10,373 nt of DNA from assembly GCA_003133025.1 (NCBI GenBank), contig PKZK01000090.1:1-10373 (forward strand). Direction: 5' to 3'. The DNA is from Vulcanimicrobiota bacterium. Lineage in GTDB: Bacteria > Vulcanimicrobiota > Vulcanimicrobiia > Vulcanimicrobiales > Vulcanimicrobiaceae. Made by a program: the position numbers and the translations under genes. Shown here one piece after another: positions 1-7,139 of the stretch. Below the pieces are notes generated by a model, which was not told the DNA's origin, made no database searches, and saw nothing but the letters and a program-made list of their open reading frames with translations. The number at the start of each line of letters is the position of its first letter. Within the stretch, counting starts at the first letter, position 1.

Positions 1-122
1 ATGTACTGGATCCCGATGACCTTGTGATCGATCGAGAAGATGTACTTCCGGATGAAGCCCTCGGGCTCCGGATGGATGTGGTCCTCGACGTCGTGAGCGA
101 GCGTGCCCGAGGAGACTGCCAC
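1..122 (-). CDS. coxA: Cytochrome c oxidase subunit I, N-terminal 40 codons (runs off the left edge)
   Basis: Not in the ORF track. Manual translation from the GTG at 122-120 gives MAVSSGTLAHDVEDHIHPEPEGFIRKYIFSIDHKVIGIQY. The 'SIDHKVIGIQY' segment matches the heme-copper oxidase subunit I signature (T/S)xDHKxIGxxY. A GGGAG Shine-Dalgarno-like sequence lies upstream, and the start is 14 bp after the coxB stop. Confidence 0.93.
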   Translation of the reverse strand, partial: MAVSSGTLAHDVEDHIHPEPEGFIRKYIFSIDHKVIGIQY

Positions 123-136
123 TATTCTTCTTCTCC

Positions 137-1234
137 CTACTGCAGACTGGCCAGATAGGCCGTCACGTTGGCGACGTCCTGATTGCTCAGCCCGTTCTGT
201 TGCGCGCTCGGCATCGCCCCGAGCGTACCGTTGTAGCCCTTCTCGATGAGCCCGGCCACGTGCTCCTTGGAGACCGCCGAGCCGTTGACCAGCTCGGGAT
301 GCGTCTTGTCGGTGAACAACTTACCCAGACCCGGGCCGACCAGCTTCTGATCGAACCCGCCCAGGCCGTGGCAAGCCGCACACTTCTGCGTGAAGAGCAC
401 CTTGCCCGCCGCGGCGTCGCCCGCGGCCAGGTTCAGCGGCGCGCCCGCTGAGGCGGCGCCGGCGGCCGCCTTGGCCTTCTGCGCGTCGAGCCAAGCGGTA
501 AACTTGTCCGGCGGGTCCACGATCAAACGTGCTTGCATCTCGCTATGGTTGACGCCGCAGAATTCCGTGCACTCGATCAAGTACGTGCCCGCGACCTGCG
601 GCGTGAAGTTGAGGTTTTGCACGAGGCCCGGCACGGTGTCGGCCTTCAGCCGAAACTCGGGCACCCAAAACGAGTGCAAGACGTCGGCCGAGGTGACCAG
701 CACGCGAACGGGCCGGCCGACCGGCAGGTGCATCTCGTCGTAGACCGAGCCTTTCAAGCCCGGGTAGCGAAATTCGTAATTGAACTGGTGGCCGATCACT
801 TCGACCTCCAGACCGTTGGCGCTCGTGCCGTATTGCACCAAATACCAGACGCGCGTGCTCATCACGGCGAGCGCGAGGACCAAGAGCGTGGGCAGCAGCG
901 TCCACCAAAATTCGAGTTTCGGCGCGTCGTGGATCTGCGGGCCGACGCTGTCGGCCGGCTCGTCGCGGCGGCGCCGGAACGCGATCGCGAAGTAGACGAC
1001 GTAGCCCGCGACGTAGGTAAATATGGCATTGCCGAAGATCGACATGAACCGGAACAGGAAATCGATGTCCGCGCCGCGATCGGTGATGTTGTCCGACGAG
1101 CGGGGTAACAAATAGTCGAGCGGCGTGACCGCAATCCAAATCGCGGACGCCAGATTCCAGAACGTCAGCACGCCGGTGACGGTCCAGAAATACGGGCCCA
1201 TCGTCGATTTGCGGGGCGCGCTCAACTGTGCCAA
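137..1234 (-). CDS. coxB: Cytochrome c oxidase subunit II with fused C-terminal cytochrome c (caa3-type)
   Basis: TTG start preceded by AAGGAGAG. Contains hydrophobic helices, a KLEFWWTLLP helix, DVLHSFWVP, and the CuA motif CTEFCGVNHSEM (536-571). An Ala-rich linker leads to the heme c motif CAACH (368-382) and a probable axial Met in GAMP. Lies directly upstream of coxA. Confidence 0.96.
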   Translation of the reverse strand: MAQLSAPRKSTMGPYFWTVTGVLTFWNLASAIWIAVTPLDYLLPRSSDNITDRGADIDFLFRFMSIFGNAIFTYVAGYVVYFAIAFRRRRDEPADSVGPQIHDAPKLEFWWTLLPTLLVLALAVMSTRVWYLVQYGTSANGLEVEVIGHQFNYEFRYPGLKGSVYDEMHLPVGRPVRVLVTSADVLHSFWVPEFRLKADTVPGLVQNLNFTPQVAGTYLIECTEFCGVNHSEMQARLIVDPPDKFTAWLDAQKAKAAAGAASAGAPLNLAAGDAAAGKVLFTQKCAACHGLGGFDQKLVGPGLGKLFTDKTHPELVNGSAVSKEHVAGLIEKGYNGTLGAMPSAQQNGLSNQDVANVTAYLASLQ

Positions 1235-1362
1235 GGACTCTCCTTCGAGACGCAGCGGGCTTATCGCGCACGACGTCTCACCCGTTGGTTAGACCGTACC
1301 CGGATTGGTCCCCCGCTCCGCAACCGCCATCGTACGCGCCAACGAGTGGACGCAGCCACGAC
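1235..1362 (-). promoter_or_regulatory. Intergenic region: probable promoter and 5' UTR of the cox operon, including its RBS
   Basis: The largest non-coding gap in the window. The Shine-Dalgarno AAGGAGAG before the TTG is clear. Promoter candidates are weak (TTGCGG-N19-TACGGT on the minus strand). A 6-bp inverted repeat GAGACG/CGTCTC spans 1247-1279. Confidence 0.45.
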
Positions 1363-2067
1363 TTATGTACGCCGGTCGCGCTCGGCCGTAGTACCAGGAA
1401 CTACCTTCGCGAAGCCTCGGGTCAAGGCGTCGACGTTGGTGATCGCCGTTCCGACCACGATTGCCGCCGCGCCCGCTGCGAAGGCCGCCGCCGCATCCGC
1501 CGGCGAGGCGATGCCGCCTTCGCAGATCGCAAACGGGTGCGCGCGGGCGAATGCAGCCACCAGATCGAGCGCAGGCAGGCTCCGGCCCGCCGTCTCCGGC
1601 GTGTACCCCGCGAGCGTCGTCGCGACGACCGCAGCCCCGGCCGCGGTTGCCGCCGCGCCTTCAGCCGGGGTGGCGCAGTCGGCCATCGCAAGCAGACCGA
1701 GCGTGGCGATCGCGGCCACCAGATCGGGCACGGTCGCGCCGCCGGCGCGGGCGCGAGCGGTGGCGTCGAAGGCCACGATGTCGGCGCCCGCCGCGGCTAC
1801 CTCGCGCACTTCCTCGAGCGTCGAGGTGATGTACGGCCCGAAGCCGGGGTGGACGCGCTTGACGATGCCTACGATCGGGACGGAGACCGCACCGCGCACC
1901 GCGCGAATGCGCTCGGCGCCCTCGATGCGCACGCCGGCCGCACCGTTTTGCACGACGCAGCGCGCCAACAGCGCGATCGTCTCCGGCGACCCGAGCGGCG
2001 AGGCGGCCTCCGCCTGCACCGAAACGATCAGCCGCCCGCGCAGCGAGTCGAGCGCGGCGCCGGACAC
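1363..2067 (-). CDS. nanE: Putative N-acetylmannosamine-6-phosphate 2-epimerase
   Basis: 234 aa with NanE motifs in order: LIVSVQA, GAAGVR, PIVGIVKR (catalytic Lys position), YIT, DIVAFDATxRxR, MADC, TTLAGYT, EG, VVGTAIT. The GTG start directly abuts the TAG of the upstream kinase gene. Confidence 0.9.
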   Translation of the reverse strand: MSGAALDSLRGRLIVSVQAEAASPLGSPETIALLARCVVQNGAAGVRIEGAERIRAVRGAVSVPIVGIVKRVHPGFGPYITSTLEEVREVAAAGADIVAFDATARARAGGATVPDLVAAIATLGLLAMADCATPAEGAAATAAGAAVVATTLAGYTPETAGRSLPALDLVAAFARAHPFAICEGGIASPADAAAAFAAGAAAIVVGTAITNVDALTRGFAKVVPGTTAERDRRT

Positions 2068-3003
2068 CTACTCGGCTCCGGCGAGCACCGGAACGGGCAC
2101 GCCCGCGGCGCGATAGGCCAAGAGCAGCGCGCCGAACACCGGCGCGTAGCGCGGCGCAACGAGCGTCGCGGCGCGCTCGTATTCGCGCACGTTCCACTTC
2201 CAGCGCTCGAGCACGCCCGCGTTGCGAAACACGCCGCCGCTCGGCGCGATGCGCACGTTCCGTGCGGCGCCCAAGCCGCGTTGGGCCAGATGCGCGAGAC
2301 GGCCGAGCGCTCCGACCGCCGCGCGACGCACTTCGTCGCCCACGCGGTCGCCGTCATCGGCTGCGGCCAGCACCACGGGCGCGGCGCCGGCGAGCGCGGC
2401 CCGCGACACCTCGCCGTGGGCGACCGCGTGCTGCAACGCGCGCAGGGTGGCGAGGCCGAAGTGCTCGAGCAAGTGCGTCGCGATCTCCGGCGGATGCCCC
2501 GCATCTTCGTCGCGCATGGCGCGGGCCAACGCTTCGCGCACGATCCACAGCGCGCTGCCCTCGTCGCCGAAGAGATACCCCCAACCGCCCGCCCGCGCGC
2601 GATTACCCGCGGCGTCGATGCCGAGCGCCACGCTGCCCGTTCCCGCGATCACCACGATGCCCGGACCGCCTTCGAGCGCGCCCGCGTGCGCGATGTCGGC
2701 ATCGTGCACGATCGCAAAGCGGTCGTAGGGCACGTCCAGCACGGGCGGCGTCGCGTAGCCGTCGTCGTAGCCGCTCACGCCCGCGAGGATCGACGTGAAG
2801 CGCGTCTGGGCCGGAAGCCCGGCCATGCGCAGCGCGCCTTGCAGCACCGCATCGAGCACCTCGGCGCGTCGCGCCGAATCGCGCGGCTGACCGACGAGGT
2901 CCGCGGGCGGTCCACTCGCTCGCCCGAGCACCTGTCCCGACTCGTCCCCGACGACGCAAACGGTCGAACTCTGTCCGCCGTCGATGCCTGCAAAATAATT
3001 CAG
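2068..3003 (-). CDS. BadF/BadG/BcrA/BcrD-family ATPase, N-acetylglucosamine-kinase-like sugar kinase
   Basis: Motifs YFAGIDGGQSST, IVHDADIAHAGAL, GIVVIAGTGS, RAGGWGYLFGDEGSALWI and SGGVF. The first 86 aa of the ORF-track translation are Arg-rich and overlap another gene. I placed the start at the CTG at 3003, which has GGAGG 7 nt upstream and a CTGA overlap with the upstream stop. Confidence 0.88.
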   Translation of the reverse strand: MNYFAGIDGGQSSTVCVVGDESGQVLGRASGPPADLVGQPRDSARRAEVLDAVLQGALRMAGLPAQTRFTSILAGVSGYDDGYATPPVLDVPYDRFAIVHDADIAHAGALEGGPGIVVIAGTGSVALGIDAAGNRARAGGWGYLFGDEGSALWIVREALARAMRDEDAGHPPEIATHLLEHFGLATLRALQHAVAHGEVSRAALAGAAPVVLAAADDGDRVGDEVRRAAVGALGRLAHLAQRGLGAARNVRIAPSGGVFRNAGVLERWKWNVREYERAATLVAPRYAPVFGALLLAYRAAGVPVPVLAGAE

Positions 3004-3335
3004 AACCTTGCCTCCGTGCGCAGCAATTCCGCAAACGTCCGTGGGTCGTCGCCGCACCGTTCGCGCGCGAACGCATGCGCGGCCGCTTCGCCCGCACCCG
3101 GAACGAGATGGTGGTGTACTTCGTGCCACACTGCGCAAGCGACGAAACGTCGCGCGAAAGCCTCGCCGCGTGCGACGCGCAACCGTTCCACGGCGGTCGC
3201 GTCGACGACGATCGTGCGCCGCGCGCGATCGTACTCGGCCAAGAGCGGCGTCGCACCCCACGCGCCCAGGGACTCGATGCGCACGCGCAAACCCGCCCCG
3301 CGCGCTCGGGCGAGCGCCGCGCCGAGCGCGCTCAC
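3000..3335 (-). CDS. Small hypothetical protein (111 aa) with an HExxH motif, minimal zincin or ImmA/IrrE-like
   Basis: This is the C-terminal part of track ORF 3000..4013. The GTG at 3335 overlaps the oxidoreductase TGA (GTGA), and the ORF exactly fills the gap between two clear genes. Sequence: MSALGAALARARGAGLRVRIESLG...AEYDRARRTIVVD...VACAVWHEVHHHL...GEAAAHAFARE. Confidence 0.75.
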   Translation of the reverse strand: MSALGAALARARGAGLRVRIESLGAWGATPLLAEYDRARRTIVVDATAVERLRVARGEAFARRFVACAVWHEVHHHLVPGAGEAAAHAFARERCGDDPRTFAELLRTEARF

Positions 3336-4732
3336 GCCGGCGTCCGCGCGGCGCGGCGCAGATCGACGCCGGCTTCGCTCAGGCGCTCGCGCAACGTCGC
3401 GACGGGCACGTCGCGCGGTTCGATGCCCGCGGCGACGGCCAACGCCGCGGCGGTGCCGGCCGCCTGGCCGAGGGTCATCACCGTCGGCGTGAGCCGCGTC
3501 GAGGCCAGCGCTTCGTGCGTCGTCGAGATGCAGCGCCCCGCAACCAGCAATCCGTCGACGCGCTGCGGCACCAGGCACCGATACGGAATTTCGTAGGACT
3601 GGCCCGGGGGCAAGCGATGCGTCGTCGTGCCGCTGCCGCCGGGATTGTGGATGTCGATCGGATAGGCGCTGCGCGCCACGGCATCGTCGAAGGCGCGCGC
3701 TTCGAGCACGTCGTCGCGGGTGAGCACGTACTCGCCGACGATGCGGCGCGATTCGCGAATGCCGATCTGGGTGGCGGTCGCGGCCAAGCGGCAGCGTTCG
3801 AAGCCCGGCACGCGGGTGCGGAAAAACGCCACGAGTTGGGTCACCTGCGCGCGGGCTTCGATTTCGGCGCGGGTGAGATCGTCGGCATCGAGCGGATCGA
3901 TGCCGGTGACGCGCGTCATGTTGACCGTCACTTCGTCGGGATACGGCGTGGCGAAGAACGAGACCAGCTCGCGCGGTACGTCGACCTCGCCGCTCGCGCG
4001 CGCGCGCTCCCACAGATCGTACAGACCGGCGACCGCACTCAAACTGGCCGCCGTGCGCTCGCCGGGAGCGAGGCTCGAACGCATCTGCTCCGGATGTTCG
4101 CGCACGTACGCCGCGGTGCGCTCGAGATCGACGTGGCTCAGGCGAAACATCAGGCTCGCCGGCTGCACGCGGCCGCGCGCGTCGCCCTGGACCATCTCGA
4201 CGCCCGCCGACGCCGCGACGAACGCATCGGCGGTCGCGTCGATCGTCACCGCGGCGCGCTCTTCACGAATGCCGCCGACCGTCGCAAAGCGCGCACCGCT
4301 CGCGCGCCCTCGCTCGTCGAGCAATGCATCGAGCACGTACGCGTGTAAGAGCAAGTCGACGCCCGCTTCGGCCATCAACTCGAAGAGCAGCGCTTTGTGC
4401 GCTTCGGGGTCGAAGGGCGTCACCGTCGCCACGTAATCCGAAGCGTCGTGCACGTGACCGGGCGAACCGCCGCGCGCGGTCAGACGCTCGACGATCTCTT
4501 GGGCGATGCCGCCGACGATGCGCTCGCGCCCGTCGTGAAAGGTCATCCACGGCCCGACCATCGCGGCCGTGGCCGTGCCGCCCAAGAAACCGTAGCGCTC
4601 GACGAGCAGCGTGCGCGCGCCGTTGCGTGCGGCGGCCAGCGCCGCCGCGCACCCCGCGTTCCCCCCGCCGACTACCAGCACGTCGTGCACGGCGAGGGCG
4701 TTCGTCGCGCGTCGGGCCAAAGCCCGCGGCAT
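3332..4732 (-). CDS. FAD-dependent oxidoreductase (FAD_oxidored / PF12831-like)
   Basis: Rossmann motif HDVLVVGGGNAGCAAALAAARNG, then LVERYGFLGGTAT, IDATADA, GIRESRRIVGEYVLT, YPIDIH, YEIPYRCLVP, LLVAGRCIS and GQAAG. The start is uncertain: ATG 4732, GTG 4735 or GTG 4690. The first two lie 4 nt and 1 nt after the upstream stop. Confidence 0.9.
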   Translation of the reverse strand: MPRALARRATNALAVHDVLVVGGGNAGCAAALAAARNGARTLLVERYGFLGGTATAAMVGPWMTFHDGRERIVGGIAQEIVERLTARGGSPGHVHDASDYVATVTPFDPEAHKALLFELMAEAGVDLLLHAYVLDALLDERGRASGARFATVGGIREERAAVTIDATADAFVAASAGVEMVQGDARGRVQPASLMFRLSHVDLERTAAYVREHPEQMRSSLAPGERTAASLSAVAGLYDLWERARASGEVDVPRELVSFFATPYPDEVTVNMTRVTGIDPLDADDLTRAEIEARAQVTQLVAFFRTRVPGFERCRLAATATQIGIRESRRIVGEYVLTRDDVLEARAFDDAVARSAYPIDIHNPGGSGTTTHRLPPGQSYEIPYRCLVPQRVDGLLVAGRCISTTHEALASTRLTPTVMTLGQAAGTAAALAVAAGIEPRDVPVATLRERLSEAGVDLRRAARTPA

Positions 4733-4736
4733 CACA

Positions 4737-6233
4737 CTAGATGTAGCGCCTCGTCGCGGGCCACCACGCGGCAAAGTCGTGGATGCGGTCGCGACAGATG
4801 TAGATCGGCAGATCGCTCTGATCGGGGAGCACGAAGGCGTTGCGGAAGGTACCCGCGCGGGTCACGCTACGCCACTCGCGGTCGAGCAGCGAACGATCGA
4901 TGCCGACGGCGATGACCACGTCGCCAGAATACCCACGCGTCCCGTAGAGGAAATAATTGTTGTGTCCGCTCAGCGCCAGCGGCAAACCGTACTTGGGGCC
5001 GAAGAAATCCAGCGCCGCCGCCTGCCCGTAGTTGTGCGTCATGAGCGCGGCCTCGCGGCGCTCGCCCGGCGGCAGGGCCGCGTACGCGGCCGCCACCGAT
5101 TCGGTCAACTCCGGCCAGCCGAGCATGTCGGCGAATTGCTGCGGGACCGCGCCCGAGGGATGTTTCTCCATCTTGATGCCGCGCACGTCGAAGACGTGCT
5201 CGTAGGTCAGAAACGCCGGTATGGGCAGCAACGGGAAGGCCTCCGGCGCGATGGCCAATCCCGAGACGGCGATCAGGCCGACGTACGCTCCGGCGAGCAC
5301 GCGGCGGCGCGCGAGAAGGCGCTCGACGACGACTCCCCCGGCGCCGATGAGCACGGGATAGATCGGCGCCAGATAATAGACCTTGGCCTTCAGCGCGATG
5401 TAGAGCAGCGAGAGCAACACGTAGGTCAAGCCGAACCAGCGCAGGCGCACGCCGTCGCGCGCGAAGAGTAAGAACCATAAGCCCGCAATCCAAATCGGCG
5501 CGGTCAGCGGGTTCATCATGAGAAACTGCTCGAGGTAGAACGTCAACGGCCCGACGACGACGTTCTTGCCCGCCTCGGCGTTGCGCAGCACCTCGACCTG
5601 CGGCCAACCGTGTTGCGCCTGCCAGAGCAGGTTCGGCAGCGACATGGCCACCGCGATCGCCACCGCGAGCCAAAATCCGGCGCGCGCGAAAGCTCGCCGC
5701 TCGCGCGTGAGCGCGATCGCGGCGCACGCGCAACTCATGTAGAAAAACATCGAATATTTATTGAGGAAGCCGAGCCCGACGACTACGCCGAGCGCAACCC
5801 AGCGCCACAGCCGATCGTCGTTCTCGGCTTTGACGAAGAGATACGCCGCCGACATCCAGAGCAGGGGCTCGAACGCATTCATCGTCAGCAGATTGCCGAC
5901 CGCGAGATAGAAGGGCGCGAGCGCCAAGGCCAGCATCGCCAGGCCCTGGGCGAGCAGACCGCCACCGAGGTTGCGCGCGAGCCGGCCCACGATCGCCACC
6001 GTCAGCGCGGCCGCGGCGGCGGGCAGCAGTCGCAGGCCCCACAGCGAGTCGCCGAAAAGGGCCAGCGCGACCTTGGCGATCACGGCGATCAGCGGGGGCT
6101 GGTCGACGTACCCCCATGCGAGGTGTCGCGCGCACGAGATAAAGTATAGCTCGTCACGTTGGTAGCCGTAACGGCCCGCCGCGAGCAGATGAAAGACAAA
6201 GGTCGCAACACCCGCCAGACCCGTCAACACCAA
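4737..6233 (-). CDS. GT-C fold integral-membrane glycosyltransferase (ArnT/PMT-like; GT39/GT83-type annotation)
   Basis: Many hydrophobic helices. First loop YGYQRDELYF...LAWGYVDQPPL carries the acidic DE pair. Further motifs: GLGFLNKY, PNLLWQ, YYLAPIYP, and a soluble C-terminal domain with FADMLGW, NYGQAAAL and SGHNNY. The start is uncertain (TTG 6233, GTG 6230 or GTG 6308; the last would overlap the divergent gene). Confidence 0.85.
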   Translation of the reverse strand: MVLTGLAGVATFVFHLLAAGRYGYQRDELYFISCARHLAWGYVDQPPLIAVIAKVALALFGDSLWGLRLLPAAAAALTVAIVGRLARNLGGGLLAQGLAMLALALAPFYLAVGNLLTMNAFEPLLWMSAAYLFVKAENDDRLWRWVALGVVVGLGFLNKYSMFFYMSCACAAIALTRERRAFARAGFWLAVAIAVAMSLPNLLWQAQHGWPQVEVLRNAEAGKNVVVGPLTFYLEQFLMMNPLTAPIWIAGLWFLLFARDGVRLRWFGLTYVLLSLLYIALKAKVYYLAPIYPVLIGAGGVVVERLLARRRVLAGAYVGLIAVSGLAIAPEAFPLLPIPAFLTYEHVFDVRGIKMEKHPSGAVPQQFADMLGWPELTESVAAAYAALPPGERREAALMTHNYGQAAALDFFGPKYGLPLALSGHNNYFLYGTRGYSGDVVIAVGIDRSLLDREWRSVTRAGTFRNAFVLPDQSDLPIYICRDRIHDFAAWWPATRRYI

Positions 6234-6284
6234 GGAAGCGTCGAGCGTGAAGGATTCACTGCGCGCGCCTTGGGATTGAACGGA

Positions 6285-7139
6285 ATGACCGACGGCTCTG
6301 AAGCTCACAAGTTACTCTTCTGCCAAACTTTCATCGCGACGCACAGGAGCTACGATCCGGCCACCCTGCCGTGGCCTGCGCTGGACGCAGGTTCCATCGA
6401 CCGTCTGCGTTCCATTCCCTTTTGGGACGCCGCCTTACGCGCCGAGCGGAATGCCGGCATCATGGTTTCGCGCTTCGCCGACATGGTGTCCGACCCGCTC
6501 ATTCGCGAGGCGGTGGCGCTCCAGGGCGTCGAGGAGACCCGGCACGCCAACCTGCTCGAAACGATGTTGGACCGGTACGGCATCCAAGTGGCTCCGCAGT
6601 CGGGCGGCGAGCCGGTGATTTCCAAGCGGGCATTTCTCGACTTCGGTTATGAAGAATGCATCGATTCCTTCTTGGGTTTCGGCATCTTCGGTTTGGCCCG
6701 CCAAATTCAGATCTTCATTCCGGAATTGACCGATATTTTCGAGTACGTGCTGCTCGAAGAGGCGCGCCACGTCACCTTCTTCGTCAACTGGATCGCCTAC
6801 GATCGCGCCCAGCGGGGCATGCGCTCCAAGCCCGTGCAGGCCGCGGCCACGGCCCTGGGCTACCTGCGCGCGGTGCGGCGCATCGTCACGACGTTTCAGC
6901 CGCAGGCGCAAGGGACGAAGCTGCAGGGCGTCGGCTTCGGCGCCGAGGGCGCGTTCAGGATGTTCGGCGGAATAACGTGGCGGCAATTTCTGCAGTCGTG
7001 CGTCGACGAGAACGACCGCTATCTCTCCGCCATGGATCCGCAACTGCTCCGCCCGCGCGTGCTCGCCACGATGGCTCGCTTCGCGCTGCGCCTGCCCACC
7101 TTCGGTCGCAGCGGCCGCACGTCGCCCGCCTCGACCTAA
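6285..7139 (+). CDS. Ferritin-like (diiron-carboxylate) domain protein
   Basis: From the ATG at 6285 (MTDGSEAHKLLFCQTF...), 284 aa. The paired ligand pattern E54...E84-T-R-H87 and E123/E124...E159-A-R-H162 is typical of four-helix-bundle diiron proteins. The track's start at 6159 would overlap the GT-C gene. Confidence 0.82.
   Translation: MTDGSEAHKLLFCQTFIATHRSYDPATLPWPALDAGSIDRLRSIPFWDAALRAERNAGIMVSRFADMVSDPLIREAVALQGVEETRHANLLETMLDRYGIQVAPQSGGEPVISKRAFLDFGYEECIDSFLGFGIFGLARQIQIFIPELTDIFEYVLLEEARHVTFFVNWIAYDRAQRGMRSKPVQAAATALGYLRAVRRIVTTFQPQAQGTKLQGVGFGAEGAFRMFGGITWRQFLQSCVDENDRYLSAMDPQLLRPRVLATMARFALRLPTFGRSGRTSPAST

Noticed and set aside
1363..3003. Canonical sialic-acid (nan) catabolic operon
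   Set aside because: No nanA, ROK-family nanK, nanT/siaPQM, sialidase or nanR is recognisable in the window.
3004..3261. 86-aa N-terminal extension of the kinase
   Set aside because: It does not look like real protein and it overlaps the HExxH gene. The SD plus CTG at 3003 explains the start better.
3000..3335. ImmA/IrrE anti-repressor of a prophage, ICE or toxin-antitoxin module
   Set aside because: No XRE/HTH gene, integrase or phage gene is nearby, and the gene is translationally coupled to metabolic genes.
1228..3492. 754-aa plus-strand ORF, plus other long antisense or alternate-frame ORFs (e.g. 1346..2116, 3008..4348, 4611..5471, 7397..8920, 8497..9522)
   Set aside because: Arg/Ala/Pro-rich with no recognisable motifs, and fully overlapping well-supported genes. 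These are the shadow ORFs expected at high GC.
3336..4013. Upstream 226 aa of ORF 3000..4013
   Set aside because: Alternate frame inside the FAD oxidoreductase. Only the part from the GTG at 3335 is credible.
6159..6308. Genuine head-to-head coding overlap between the GT-C gene and the diiron gene
   Set aside because: It arises only if the most upstream starts are chosen. Downstream starts (6233/6230 and 6285) remove the overlap and keep all motifs.
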